From the NCBI GenBank assembly GCA_019057385.1, contig JAHQJS010000005.1, forward strand, positions 1-64,000: DNA of 64,000 nucleotides, written 5' to 3'. The DNA comes from Candidatus Borrarchaeum weybense. Its GTDB lineage: Archaea; Asgardarchaeota; Sifarchaeia; Borrarchaeales; Borrarchaeaceae. Position numbers and translations under genes: made by a program. The notes below the pieces were generated by a model that worked only from the letters and a program-made list of their open reading frames with translations, did not search any database and was not told the DNA's origin. The first letter of the stretch is position 1. Every line of letters begins with the position of its first letter. Of the stretch, positions 37,204-48,101 are shown one piece after another.

Positions 37204-40074
37204 CTATAAGTCATCCCAGAATGCCCTCGTACGTGCGAATTCTTTCTCGGCGTTCCATAATGCTTTATAAAAGTCATGTTCTGAATTAAATTTTCTTGCA
37301 AGAATACGAGATGCTGTTTGAGGACCAATTCCTCTACTAGCAAGTGCAATAATCGCTTTTTTGCCATATGCCTCTACAAGTACTGAACTCTTGCCTCCAC
37401 GCTTAATTTCTTTCTTATCCTCGATTGTCAATTTCATTTTCGCTTTTTGATGTCTTAATGCTGTCTTCAAGGCTGTATTTCTGGAAAAAACGACCGCTAT
37501 AAAAACACTTTTGCATTTTGGGCATTTTAATCTCTCATCAGGCAAATATTTAACCTGTCTAACACTTTCCCATTGTCCACAGTGCATACAGACGAGTTTA
37601 ATGCGCTTTTCATTTATCTTGTTTTTTACTGCCTCTATCAATACTGCTTCAGGTCGTGCTGACTTAACATAACTACCTGACTTTGCATTCCTAAGAGCTA
37701 GAAGAGAAAATGGAGATCCAAATTCAATAGAACCTTTTTGAACGATGTCAATAGTAGTGAGACCATTGGAAATTTGGGATAGAATCTTTTTTGTGTTCGG
37801 AATATCAAGTTTTTCTAACTTTATTTCTCTCAATGTCTCTATAACTGCCGTAGTATCTCTATATGCATGAACTATTTTTTCAATTAGAGTTGAATGGAAT
37901 TCAGCCCCCTTATCGATAATTCCGAAGCGTTGCGCAACTTGGCTAAACCTCCATAAAAACAGAGATGATCGACTTAGAGAGAGATCCAAGATATGATCCA
38001 CATGTTCCGGGTTTTTAAGTAACTCTGGAATTATTTTAGGATTTATTCGGGTTGGCAGTTGGAGTTGAATTGTATATGGTGACGAACGCATCACAACATT
38101 GGAACCCATTTCGGTAGTAAGCAATGCGGAAAGTAGTTCCCCTATTGTCTCATTGATTTTACTTCCGAAACAACAATGAATAATTATGTAGTCTCCAAAG
38201 GCTTCTATTACAATTCGCTTATGAGTTGGAATTGGAACATCACTTTCAATCTGTTGTATATTTGTATTCAAAATGATTTCTTTGACATTAGAAGAAAGCT
38301 GATATTCATCCAAGATGGCGTCAGTGTCCCCATTATTTTGATATGCTTGTTCTAATCTATGCCTTAATTCTCCCACTTCTTGTGCGACTTGATAAGGAAC
38401 AGGAATTAACTCTCCTACCCATCCAGGAATAGCACCAGTGGGATCTGGTGCGGGTGTAACTTCAATTTTGTTTTCATTAAGATTAAGAATTTTCCAAGGC
38501 CTACCCCTAACTATGAAAACAGTTCCCAGTTTCGCTTTAGTTGCAACGAATTCATTATCAAGAGTGCCAATTGGTCGATTTGTGGTTATATCAATAACTT
38601 GCCAACGCTGACCAACATCAGGAATCGTAGAAACTCTCTTATAATAAAATAGCAAAGTTTTACGACTTCTCTTCAGAATCCCATTATTTTCCCAGATAAG
38701 TTTTAGTTGGAGCATTAGATCAATTGTTTTGTTTAATAGTTCCTTGTCAAGATTTGCATAAGGATATGCTCTTCCTATAATCTGCTCTACCTCATTTATA
38801 GTTACTTCCCGCTTATCCATGACTATTCCAGCAATCTGATGCGATAATACATCTAGTGCGTTTTCATGAATTAAAATGTCTTCAAGCTCGTTTTTCAGTG
38901 CTTTTGAGACTATTACTATAGACTCTGCAATATCATCAAAGTCCATAGTAATGATCGTGCCCCTTGAAACCTCACCGATCTTGTGCCCTGCTCTCCCTAC
39001 TCGCTGAATTAGTTTTGATACCTGCCTTGGACTCATTAACTGAAGGACTTTATCGACGCTGCCTACGTCTATACCGAGTTCAAGAGATGATGTGCAAACA
39101 ATTGCTTTTAGTTCTTGTGACTTGAATTCCTCTTCTGCTTGGATTCTCACGTCTCTCGATAAAGAACCATGATGAATGGCATAATTAAAATCAGGGTCAA
39201 GTAGTCTTAAATGGCTAGAAAGCATTTCGGCATGGTCACGAGTATTTGTGAAACAAAGTACAGAGTTATTGTTTTCTATATGAGATGCAATCCTATTTAT
39301 CCTAGCAGCAGTTTCGGCAGTGGTATATAACTTTTTAGCGAGAGATCGATCTTCATCTGTAGCTAATGGATTTTCAATAGTAATTTCAAATTTCTTTTCT
39401 GTGTCAGTTTTAACCGTCTCAATTGATCTCCCTATTCCAGCCAAGAATCTTGCCACACGTTCTGGGTTACCGATAGTTGCAGAAAGTCCGAGAATTTGAA
39501 ATTCTCTTTCTGTACGATCTCTCAATCTTTCAAGTCCAACACTTAACTGAGTGGCACGCTTACTTTCAACAATTTCGTGGATCTCGTCTACGATAACGAC
39601 TTTTACATTTTTTAGGTGCATCCCCATCCTTTTCGCAGGTAAGATCGATTGAAGGGTCTCAGGCGTTGTAATAAGAATATGTGGAGGTTTTAATGCTTGC
39701 TTTCGTCTAGCATTAGAACTTGTATCTCCATGTCTTATCTGTATATCAAGCCCGAGATCTTGCCCCATTTCGATTAAGCGGCGGAAAATATCGCGATTGA
39801 GGGCTTTTAATGGCGTTATATAGAGAACTTGTATTCCTCTAATGAGTTTATTTCTGTTTTCTTGAAATAATGTTTCAAAAATAGGAAATATCGACGCTTC
39901 CGTCTTTCCTGTACCTGTGGGTGCAATTAATAATAGGTTTTTTCCCTCTAAAACTTTAGGTATGGCTTCATTTTGTATTGGGGTCGGCTGTACAAAGTTA
40001 TACTTCTGTATAGTTTTTTGTATTTCTTTGTGAAGCAGATTAAAACTATTTTGCGAGTTAACCGAGTCTTGCAA
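37204..40074 (-). CDS. lhr: Lhr-like DEAH-box SF2 helicase with C-terminal Zn finger
   Basis: APTGTGKT, RHGDT, TTPETL, DEIHE, LSAT, HHGSL, SSLELGID, QRVGRAGH. Confidence 0.93.
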   Translation of the reverse strand: MQDSVNSQNSFNLLHKEIQKTIQKYNFVQPTPIQNEAIPKVLEGKNLLLIAPTGTGKTEASIFPIFETLFQENRNKLIRGIQVLYITPLKALNRDIFRRLIEMGQDLGLDIQIRHGDTSSNARRKQALKPPHILITTPETLQSILPAKRMGMHLKNVKVVIVDEIHEIVESKRATQLSVGLERLRDRTEREFQILGLSATIGNPERVARFLAGIGRSIETVKTDTEKKFEITIENPLATDEDRSLAKKLYTTAETAARINRIASHIENNNSVLCFTNTRDHAEMLSSHLRLLDPDFNYAIHHGSLSRDVRIQAEEEFKSQELKAIVCTSSLELGIDVGSVDKVLQLMSPRQVSKLIQRVGRAGHKIGEVSRGTIITMDFDDIAESIVIVSKALKNELEDILIHENALDVLSHQIAGIVMDKREVTINEVEQIIGRAYPYANLDKELLNKTIDLMLQLKLIWENNGILKRSRKTLLFYYKRVSTIPDVGQRWQVIDITTNRPIGTLDNEFVATKAKLGTVFIVRGRPWKILNLNENKIEVTPAPDPTGAIPGWVGELIPVPYQVAQEVGELRHRLEQAYQNNGDTDAILDEYQLSSNVKEIILNTNIQQIESDVPIPTHKRIVIEAFGDYIIIHCCFGSKINETIGELLSALLTTEMGSNVVMRSSPYTIQLQLPTRINPKIIPELLKNPEHVDHILDLSLSRSSLFLWRFSQVAQRFGIIDKGAEFHSTLIEKIVHAYRDTTAVIETLREIKLEKLDIPNTKKILSQISNGLTTIDIVQKGSIEFGSPFSLLALRNAKSGSYVKSARPEAVLIEAVKNKINEKRIKLVCMHCGQWESVRQVKYLPDERLKCPKCKSVFIAVVFSRNTALKTALRHQKAKMKLTIEDKKEIKRGGKSSVLVEAYGKKAIIALASRGIGPQTASRILARKFNSEHDFYKALWNAEKEFARTRAFWDDL

Positions 40075-40476
40075 ATTCTACACACCAAAGTTTCAGAATC
40101 GAAATGATTTACCTAGTTTTTAGGCGTGAATTGTTAAGAAATGTAACGTCAAAAAATAGATAAATGCCACTAACCGTGCATAAAGTTGGAAAAACGCATA
40201 AAGAATTTGACAATGGATTATTTATAAATAAATTCATTTTTCCGCAGCTTCATCCTCTGAAAGTACTTGATACGCAAGAATAAGGATGACTGCTATAAAT
40301 CCAAACGAAAATACTAAAGTTCGGACAATAAAGGGGTCTACGCTCAAAGATTTTCCTCCACAAAAAAAACTGGTACATACAACGATGTGTAATGGATTTA
40401 AAAAGTTGTCTCATTATGTTAAATTTCTGCTTCCTTATCAAATTTTGATATATATCTTTGAAACCTACTTTCCATT

Positions 40477-41397
40477 CTATTTTCTATCTTTTAATGCAAT
40501 TTCCAAAAAATCATGTGCAATTATCGTATTTGGAAAAATCTTTGTAGCTTGCTCATAAAGAATCGAAGTATCTTTGTATCGTGTACTGATATGTGTTAAG
40601 ATTAACTGCTTGACCTTTGCATCTTTTGCTATCTTAGCGGCTTCCCCTGCTGTAGCATGTCCTGTCTGGATAGCCTTTTCTAAAAGAGAATCATCAAAAG
40701 TTGCCTCGTGAATCAAAACATCACTATTTTTGCTTAATAAGACAATAGATTTTGTTGGACGTGTGTCAACTGAGTAAGTGACTTTTCTCCCAGGTCTTGA
40801 AGGTCCAACAACTTCGGAGGAATTGATAACTCTCCCATCTGGTAATTGAATATTCTCTCCTGCCTTTAATTTTGCCCATAATTGTCCCTCAGGAATTCCA
40901 AGTTCTCTTGCTTTTTCTGGAAAAAACTTACCCGGATATGGTTTTTCAACAATAGAGAATGCAAATGTATCAATTCCATGATCTGCTAAAGTAGACTCAA
41001 CTACATACTCTTTCTCTTCAATTACAATCCCTTCTCCTATCTCACTTATGCTAAGTTCAAATTGTGTATCTAGCACACCTGCTATAGAATTCACAGCAGC
41101 CAGATATTGTTTTATACCAGGAGGACCATAAAGATGCAAAGGTTTTGTTCTTTGATACATTCTGAGAGTAAGAATCAACCCAGGCAGGCCGAATATATGA
41201 TCTCCATGAAGATGACTGATGAAAACTTTTGAGATTTTCATTATATTGAGTTGAGCATTAATGAGTTGGTACTGCATTCCCTCTCCAGCGTCAAATATGA
41301 GAATTTCGCCTGAATTTTTCCTTATAATGGCAATACTTGACAGTTTCCTCGTTTTCGAGGGGACGGCAGCACCAGTACCCAAGAAAACAATTTTCAT
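40477..41397 (-). CDS. rnz: Ribonuclease Z
   Basis: FLGTG, DAGEG, SHLHGDH, exosite GP-rich arm, HEATF, THISTRY. Confidence 0.96.
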   Translation of the reverse strand: MKIVFLGTGAAVPSKTRKLSSIAIIRKNSGEILIFDAGEGMQYQLINAQLNIMKISKVFISHLHGDHIFGLPGLILTLRMYQRTKPLHLYGPPGIKQYLAAVNSIAGVLDTQFELSISEIGEGIVIEEKEYVVESTLADHGIDTFAFSIVEKPYPGKFFPEKARELGIPEGQLWAKLKAGENIQLPDGRVINSSEVVGPSRPGRKVTYSVDTRPTKSIVLLSKNSDVLIHEATFDDSLLEKAIQTGHATAGEAAKIAKDAKVKQLILTHISTRYKDTSILYEQATKIFPNTIIAHDFLEIALKDRK

Positions 41398-41412
41398 TCT
41401 AGTTGCTCCAAT

Positions 41413-42471
41413 CTAATTCTGAAAAACGCCAATTATTCGTGTTAAACTTTTATGAACTCGCATCTTGTGGAGTTCTACAGTTTTAAGTCCAATCTCATTT
41501 GCTATCGTTTGAAGATTTATATGAGTAGGGGTACAGATACAAATATACCTCTTTTTTTGCAGAATATTCGTTGCAGATCCAAGAAAAGATTGAATTAACT
41601 TGTTTAATTCTATACCTTTTGTAGTAGATGATCTTCCGTAGGGAGGGTCCGTAGCAATTGCATAAATATCATCCTTAAAGGGAAGTTGACGTGCATCTGC
41701 GCAAATTAAGTTACCAGATAGATTAAACTGCTTTAAATTAACGGATGCGCCTTTTACCATCGTTTTTTGAACATCACATCCTAAGATGGTTGCTCCTATT
41801 AACCCCGCTTCGATGAGGATTCCACCACTACCGGAAAAAGGATCCAGAAACAACTTATCATCTTTTGCGCGTGAAAGATTAACCAATACCCTAGATAAAC
41901 GAGGTTCTAATGTACCTGGATGAAAAAACTCCCTCTTATGTCCCCTTCGTTTATCAAATCTCTGGAAATAAGTCTCTGATTTCCAAAGGTTTAATCCGAA
42001 GAAAAACTTATTTTCTGTAAATATTCCATAAAATGTGATATCGGGATTTTCAAGGTTAACCTTCATCACTTTGTTTACCTGTTCTAAGTGATTAAAAAGT
42101 ACTGCCCCAAGTTGTCGCTCAAGTTCTACTTTATCAATATGCGCTCCATAGTTCTTTATGCGTTTTATACGCACAGCAAAACTCTTTCCAAATATGAGCG
42201 AATTATCGACTATCATTTCTTTTGCGGTTTCAATGATCTCCTCAAAAGTATCATCTGATTCAAAAAAATAGGCACAGCAACGGTGCACAAGTGCACTTCT
42301 CCGAGCTATCACCTGGACACTATCCATTGAAGTAGAGATTTTCATGAGTTGATCAAATTTTGTGAAGTTTGAATATTGTCTTTCGGTAGCCTGTAGAATA
42401 GATATGGCTTCTGAAAAAGCTAATTTTGGATATTCTCCGTTTAATACAAAAAATAAATCTCTTGAGGCCAT
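41413..42471 (-). CDS. trm11: tRNA (guanine-N2, G10) methyltransferase with THUMP domain
   Basis: THUMP domain; DPFSGSGG; TDPPYG; VHKSLTR; start 42471 preferred over the track start 42522. Confidence 0.9.
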   Translation of the reverse strand: MASRDLFFVLNGEYPKLAFSEAISILQATERQYSNFTKFDQLMKISTSMDSVQVIARRSALVHRCCAYFFESDDTFEEIIETAKEMIVDNSLIFGKSFAVRIKRIKNYGAHIDKVELERQLGAVLFNHLEQVNKVMKVNLENPDITFYGIFTENKFFFGLNLWKSETYFQRFDKRRGHKREFFHPGTLEPRLSRVLVNLSRAKDDKLFLDPFSGSGGILIEAGLIGATILGCDVQKTMVKGASVNLKQFNLSGNLICADARQLPFKDDIYAIATDPPYGRSSTTKGIELNKLIQSFLGSATNILQKKRYICICTPTHINLQTIANEIGLKTVELHKMRVHKSLTRIIGVFQN

Positions 42472-42559
42472 TTGAGACCATTTCTTTATTAATTGTTTCA
42501 AATATCGCAACCTAATTTTCAAAGACAGTTAATGCTTCAGAATAATCTAAATAGAGTAT

Positions 42560-43426
42560 CTATGTAAGGGCATCTGCAATGAGTGATGCAACTGAAATTT
42601 TACTTACTTCACTTAGAACGGAGTCTGTTCCAATAATTTCTTCAACTTGTGCTTGCATGATACGCGTTCGTGCATTTTGGATAAGTAAAGCATGTGTTGC
42701 CCCTACAAAAACCCTTCTCGCCCCTTGTGCCTTTAGCATTTTCGCAGCATTTACAATTGTACCGCCTGTTGAAATAATATCATCTATTATAACCGTATCA
42801 CGCCCTTTAACATTAAGTTTCACTACTTCTGTTTCAATTTCTCCAGTAATAAGATCTCTTTTTTTGAAGCAGCTACTAACATCTGCATGGAGCGTTTCTG
42901 CTACTTCTTTTGCCAAGAATTCTGCTCCTTGATCAGGAGATACAATATATGGGTCTTTCAAATCATACTTTTTTAGATAAGTTCCAATAGCATTCATAGC
43001 GCTTAGATTGATTATGGGCATTTTAAATTCACTCAATACCGCATCTTCGTGAATATTAATCGTATAAAGTTCGTCCACGCCAATATTTTCAATCAAACGG
43101 ATAATTGTCTTTATACTTATTGCCTCTCCAGGTCTGAATCTTTTATCTTGTCGTGCATAGGCAAGATATGGAACGATCGCAGTTATTTTGGACGCAGCTA
43201 ATTCCTTTACTGTATCTAGAAGCAAAAAAAGTTCAATAAGATGCGGATCAGTAGGAAATGTAGATTGAACAACCGCTACATGTTCACCTTGAATATCTCC
43301 ATCGATTCTTATGTAAGCTTCCCCATCTGGAAACCGCTTATAGTCCAAAGGCACTACTTTTGCTTTTAGCAAATTTCCTATTTTAAATCCTAAAATCTGT
43401 GACGCAGGGCCAGGTATTACAATCAT
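42560..43426 (-). CDS. prs: Ribose-phosphate pyrophosphokinase
   Basis: FPDGE, PYLAYARQD, PDQG, IIDDIISTGGT. Confidence 0.96.
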   Translation of the reverse strand: MIVIPGPASQILGFKIGNLLKAKVVPLDYKRFPDGEAYIRIDGDIQGEHVAVVQSTFPTDPHLIELFLLLDTVKELAASKITAIVPYLAYARQDKRFRPGEAISIKTIIRLIENIGVDELYTINIHEDAVLSEFKMPIINLSAMNAIGTYLKKYDLKDPYIVSPDQGAEFLAKEVAETLHADVSSCFKKRDLITGEIETEVVKLNVKGRDTVIIDDIISTGGTIVNAAKMLKAQGARRVFVGATHALLIQNARTRIMQAQVEEIIGTDSVLSEVSKISVASLIADALT

Positions 43427-43690
43427 ATTGTAACCTCATTAGTTGATCGTATTATTCTTGATGAATTTTGTCTCTTTCTAGAAAGAATTCCTTCTAAAAT
43501 CGTTGTCATTGTCTATCTTTATTATTTCTAATTTTTTAATTAGATGTATCTGCATAACAACTATGTTTAAAAACAAAACTCTGAAGCCAAAGGGATTAAA
43601 TCAAATGGACTATTGTAGCTTATAAAAGAGTGATAACACGCCCCCCATTTCTTTAAGGGATTAGTATTTCTCTCTAGTTATAGGTTTCTG

Positions 43691-44254
43691 TTAACTTTTT
43701 TTTCGGGCGATAATAACTACTCCAATGAATAAACCTATTACAGGCAAAATATATACTCCTAAAAATATTGCTGATGGATTTTCAATTGACCCCTGAGGAG
43801 GAGTCCATAATTTCGTTTCAATACTAATTTCAACCGTGTTTGAACTCACAGTAAAACTTTCTCCAGTTAATTCGAAATTGATTTCAGCAGCTTCTAGCGT
43901 ATGATTGCCTGAACTTCGTGCTTCAAGGATGTATGTGTGGTTAATGCTTTCAAGTGCATCAATACTAGACCAAAATTCAATTAAAGAACCCGAAACTACA
44001 AGAAATGCGTCTGGAACGGTATCAATTAACTCTACGTTTCGTATTGGTAATGAGTTTTCATTGTTTATAGTTACCGTTACATTTAATCTGTCGCCTGTTC
44101 CTATGATTTCTTCACTAACAGTTTTCTCAACATTAACTCCATTATTTTGTTGATATTGGAGTGCGGTGGTTGTATTTACAGAAAGAATTGCCCCACATAG
44201 CAACACAACAGTCAACAGTGCTAATTTCTTAGGATTAATAATTTCTCTCACCAT
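43691..44254 (-). CDS. TRAP-beta (SSR2)/BatD-like Ig-fold type I membrane protein
   Basis: Signal peptide; 'V.K....GD.L.V...I.N......VEL.D..P..F.VVSG....W..I......HT.IL....G'; C-terminal TM. Confidence 0.65.
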   Translation of the reverse strand: MVREIINPKKLALLTVVLLCGAILSVNTTTALQYQQNNGVNVEKTVSEEIIGTGDRLNVTVTINNENSLPIRNVELIDTVPDAFLVVSGSLIEFWSSIDALESINHTYILEARSSGNHTLEAAEINFELTGESFTVSSNTVEISIETKLWTPPQGSIENPSAIFLGVYILPVIGLFIGVVIIARKKS

Positions 44255-44560
44255 TTGTGAAATTTATTGTTTATTTTTATCATTACAATCTAAATGGTGG
44301 TACCATATTGGAAGGGACTGAAAATCTATCCCTATTTAACTTTATCGGCGAGGAGACCTCGTTTTCTAAAACAACTAAATTATGATTTTATCATACATTT
44401 TTTTTATGGACAGATGGACGTGATTGCAAATAGATTAGCAAGTTAGGAAAAAGTAGCGAGGTTTTTATATCTACTTGTTCTTTGCAAGTGAAGACTTTGA
44501 TAATGAAAACCTTCCCAAAGTACTGTTTAAAAGCCAAAATAAAATAAAGAAGGAAAGAAA

Positions 44561-44746
44561 ATGCTAAAAAAGTTTTTAAGAAACAAAAAAGGCTCGCCTT
44601 TGATTGAAGAGGTTATGTTAATTGGGATGGCAATTCTTATGTTTGCCTTGGTGATTAGTTTAATATTTGACATCTTTAATTGGACTGGAGCATCAACGTC
44701 GGAACTATACCAAGAATTGGCCAATCTTTGGAGCGAATTTCGTTGA
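44561..44746 (+). CDS. Small pilin-like protein with class III signal peptide
   Basis: MLKKFLRNKKG|SPLIEE followed by a hydrophobic helix. Confidence 0.7.
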   Translation: MLKKFLRNKKGSPLIEEVMLIGMAILMFALVISLIFDIFNWTGASTSELYQELANLWSEFR

Positions 44747-45276
44747 TGAAATAAGATCAAGTTTTTAAACATTATGGAGCCTTAGATCATTGTTTGAAAT
44801 ATATTGATAACAATTAGCAATCAATAAAGTTTTTTCTCCTCCCTAGAAAACTAGGAGAACCATTGTACTTGTTATAATATTTTTTAACACTTAGATACAA
44901 GTTGAAGACAAAAGATATTTATGTAATCAATGTAGTTTACGCACATGGAGGATTATACGTGGCTCAGGTGTACATAGATGCATTAACGAAATGGAAGGCT
45001 ATGATAAAATTACTAGAAGGAGAGAGTGATGCTTCCCGAGATAGGGGTCTCATAGCCGCAATATTAGTTATGACGGCAGAATTCATAAAATATAGAAAAG
45101 GTAGTAACGAGTAGGAAATGAATATACTTTTTAGGAAGGACGCAACTAACCGCCTTTCCATTTTCTGTCAATACCCTTATGAATCTTGTTAGTAGCGCTC
45201 ATCTCTTAATTGAAATAAAGATTGTTCCAAATATATTATTTCAATTAAATATGGAATAACTTCTAACTAACTAGAA

Positions 45277-45867
45277 TTAACTCTTTTGAATCCACTTAAG
45301 GTATTTCTCGATATATTTCTCTTTGATATTCGTTCGCATCAGTTCTTTTTTAATAATATCTAAAGGCATATTTTCGTCCTTTAACGACATATAGAGTTTT
45401 GTGATAGTTTCTCTACGTTCCCAAGGAAAAACTATCCACTTATCGGTTTCAAGGATCCAGTAATCCGGGTTGCATTTGCTCCAAGGCTTCATATAGAGGG
45501 CCGCTACACGTACATCTGATGCACCAGATTCTTTTATATGGTCAATGGCTGCCAGTAGACTCTCGCCAGTATCAGCTACATCATCACATAATAGTACCTT
45601 TTTCTTTTCAACTGATACAGAGATGGGTTGAACAATTCTTGGTTTTTCTTCAGTTTGATTAATATCAGCGTAGAATTCAATCTTTATATTCGCCGTTAGA
45701 TTATTTTCTGAAAAATCGGAAAGCAGTCGAGCAGGAATCCAACCTCCTCTTGCTACCCCTACAATAATATCAGGAAAGAACCCATCTTGTAATAGGTTTT
45801 CATATAATTCGATAGTTATATCATATATTTCGTCCCATGAAGGTGTAACGAACTCCACCAAATACAT
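45277..45867 (-). CDS. Purine phosphoribosyltransferase (type I PRTase)
   Basis: GVARGG, LLCDDVADTGESL, WIVFPWE. Confidence 0.92.
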   Translation of the reverse strand: MYLVEFVTPSWDEIYDITIELYENLLQDGFFPDIIVGVARGGWIPARLLSDFSENNLTANIKIEFYADINQTEEKPRIVQPISVSVEKKKVLLCDDVADTGESLLAAIDHIKESGASDVRVAALYMKPWSKCNPDYWILETDKWIVFPWERRETITKLYMSLKDENMPLDIIKKELMRTNIKEKYIEKYLKWIQKS

Positions 45868-45941
45868 TCCTCCAGAATTCCTAATGTATCTTCTGATGTA
45901 ACTCTTTTAATTCGGGCATACTAAGTGTTTTCAAATTAATA

Positions 45942-46553
45942 ATGTGGTCTCTAATGAATTCTAAAAATGTCTTGATCAAGTCTCTAGAGGTTAATTATTT
46001 ACATTTTAAATTTGTTGGAGTGACTGGCTTTCGAGGTATAAAGCCTTTCAATATAGACAAATTATTAGGAAAGATAACAAGGCTGGGGAATGAAAAAAAT
46101 GTCACAATCCAACTTTTTGATAGTGATTTGATTGCCACATGGGAACATCTATTTTTTGCAACTCTCCACGGAGTCAAAGCATTCTTGTATTCTCGAAATA
46201 TCTCAAAATCGTTAGCAATTGAATCTCTCATATATGCATCTGGTCAAAGACAGATAAAACTTGCAGTAAAAGTTCTAGGACTTAAGCCAAAGACTAAGAA
46301 TTGTGCTTTATTACTAGTAGGAACTTCTCCAGAGAATATTGAATCCGTTGCAGAGGAGGTTTATAGATATTTAGGCGGTAAATTAGACTTGAGTGTTTTG
46401 GACATTGATGAATCAAAGTTCAATAGAATAAAGACGACTTTCGATGTATCTGATACCGAAATTGACACACTCATTTCAAACAATACATGGGACGATCAAA
46501 AAAATGCTTTAGTAAAACTTATACTCGAACGACTTGCATTTCTTCATTTCTAA
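45942..46553 (+). CDS. cgi121: KEOPS complex subunit Cgi121
   Basis: 'Q.FD..LIA..EHL', 'NISKSL.IE.L.YASGQRQI..A...LG'. Confidence 0.88.
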   Translation: MWSLMNSKNVLIKSLEVNYLHFKFVGVTGFRGIKPFNIDKLLGKITRLGNEKNVTIQLFDSDLIATWEHLFFATLHGVKAFLYSRNISKSLAIESLIYASGQRQIKLAVKVLGLKPKTKNCALLLVGTSPENIESVAEEVYRYLGGKLDLSVLDIDESKFNRIKTTFDVSDTEIDTLISNNTWDDQKNALVKLILERLAFLHF

Positions 46554-46587
46554 TTTATAAATCTAAACAGTCCCTCATTTAGGAGAA

Positions 46588-46735
46588 GTGAACTACCTCA
46601 CGCTAAAGCGGTGAGGCTTCCTGTTTCTGCGACCATACTTGCCTCAACGTAGGCTATCTGATTCAGATACTCCAACATTAAGGTAGAGGTATTAGTCTCC
46701 ACAGGCGTGACTTCGGTAGGTCCCCTACCTAGTAA
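46588..46735 (-). ncRNA. TnpB omega-RNA scaffold; guide expected to begin TTCTCCTAAATGAGGG
   Basis: Same scaffold blocks as 24142-24292 (cgcctgtggag..gaaacaggaagcc..tagttcac). Confidence 0.7.
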
Positions 46736-47887
46736 CCTACGCCCTTCGTGTTCTAGCACACAACTGCTGTTATAATCACGGTCTATCACTAGACCACAGT
46801 GGTGACATGCATAGGTGCGTTCGGCTAAACTCATGGGGCGCTGATGACCGCAACGCGAACAAGTCTTTGTGGAGGGGAAGAAACGGTCAATTTCCACCGG
46901 TGTATGCACCTTTATTTCAAGCATGCGAATGATTCCACCGAGGCTGGTTGACAGCATTCTTCTACCCCACAGGCGTTGCCAGGCGCCTAAATTCTCATTT
47001 TGATAACATACTACTTGAAAATTGGTGTAGAGGTAATGAACGAGTTTATTGCGGATGTCTCGTTTAATATTGGTGGTTTTGGCGTAGGCTTTGAGCAACT
47101 TATATAACGTTTTCCACCAGTTCTTACTACGATACTGTTTACGACTAAATTGCTTACACAACTGCTTTATCCGGCGTGTAACTGGTATCTTGTATCGTAT
47201 ACGTATCCCATTCGACAGCGATAACTGATTCTTTACCCCAAAATCAATGCCAATTGATTTGACTGGCGCTACCACCACCGGTCTGCTTTCTCGCGGAGTA
47301 TAGGTGGTTATTGCTATGTAATACTCGCCATTCTGGTGAAGTAAGGTGGCATTAGCATATTCACAATTGGATGGTAGTTGTTCTAAACCGTTGACACGCA
47401 GTTTTTGCGGCATCTTTTGAAGCTGCAAGTATTTGCTATTGATGAGCTTGTAGGTATTGCCGTACTGCTTGAGTGGGGTGGACTTCACATACGACTTAAA
47501 TTTCAACCACCCAATCTTGTGACCCTTGGCTTTCAGACGTGCTAAGCCACGGATATTCTGCTGGGTGCGCTTAATGATGCTCTGACGTACTTGCGCCGGT
47601 AAATGCCTTAATTGGCGCAGCTCAAACCGGTCTTTCACCTTCATCGGGACGGCTGTTATTGTATCATCGATAGAGAACACGTTAGGATGCCCAACACAGT
47701 AATTATAAAGCCATTTAGCTTCCAAGAATAATCGATTTAAGTGAGTTAATGAGTCTTGGTTTAAATGTGAGCGGTCTAGCTTCACGGTATACACCCGGCA
47801 CACCATGTGTTTACGCCGCTCCTTAGTGTCCTTCAAGGTAGCTTTGATCCGCTGGTTCTTTGTTGACATGACACAAGTGCTCCGCAC
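46598..47887 (-). CDS. tnpB: RNA-guided endonuclease TnpB
   Basis: GIDFGVK, FFPSTKTCSRCG..CHHCG, DRDYNS; clear paralog of 22984..24282. Confidence 0.95.
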   Translation of the reverse strand: MRSTCVMSTKNQRIKATLKDTKERRKHMVCRVYTVKLDRSHLNQDSLTHLNRLFLEAKWLYNYCVGHPNVFSIDDTITAVPMKVKDRFELRQLRHLPAQVRQSIIKRTQQNIRGLARLKAKGHKIGWLKFKSYVKSTPLKQYGNTYKLINSKYLQLQKMPQKLRVNGLEQLPSNCEYANATLLHQNGEYYIAITTYTPRESRPVVVAPVKSIGIDFGVKNQLSLSNGIRIRYKIPVTRRIKQLCKQFSRKQYRSKNWWKTLYKLLKAYAKTTNIKRDIRNKLVHYLYTNFQVVCYQNENLGAWQRLWGRRMLSTSLGGIIRMLEIKVHTPVEIDRFFPSTKTCSRCGHQRPMSLAERTYACHHCGLVIDRDYNSSCVLEHEGRRLLGRGPTEVTPVETNTSTLMLEYLNQIAYVEASMVAETGSLTALA

Positions 47888-48101
47888 AACTTACAATAAC
47901 TCGTTAATAATGTACACTACAATTTCTCACTGTTTGTACTCCATCCTTGTTTATAAACTCAGCAAAAAGTAGCACAAAGTTAAAAAATGTACTATCCTGA
48001 CACCATTCATCCCCAAACTCAAGCAATGGGGCTTTCTTGCGTCGTAACATGTAAGATTGCGGAAAAAAAGAAAAAAGGTATCAAAGAACCTTCAAATTTA
48101 G

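Larger units (their letters stand above)
46588..48050 (-). mobile_element. IS200/IS605-family (IS1341-type, tnpB-only) element
   Basis: Minus strand: TTAC|15 nt|AAAG|CCCC-hairpin left end (IS608-like spacing); GAAG-cctcaccgctttagcgtgagg-TAGTTCAC right end. Confidence 0.88.

Noticed and set aside
40250-40558. Short ORFs and an ORB-like string (tccaaacgaaa...aaaggggt) between lhr and rnz
   Set aside because: The ORFs lack motifs, and one overlaps rnz antisense. The ORB resemblance is weak and isolated.
44902-45161. Overlapping opposite-strand 70-aa and 65-aa ORFs
   Set aside because: No SD, motif or other support for either; could be a decayed fragment.
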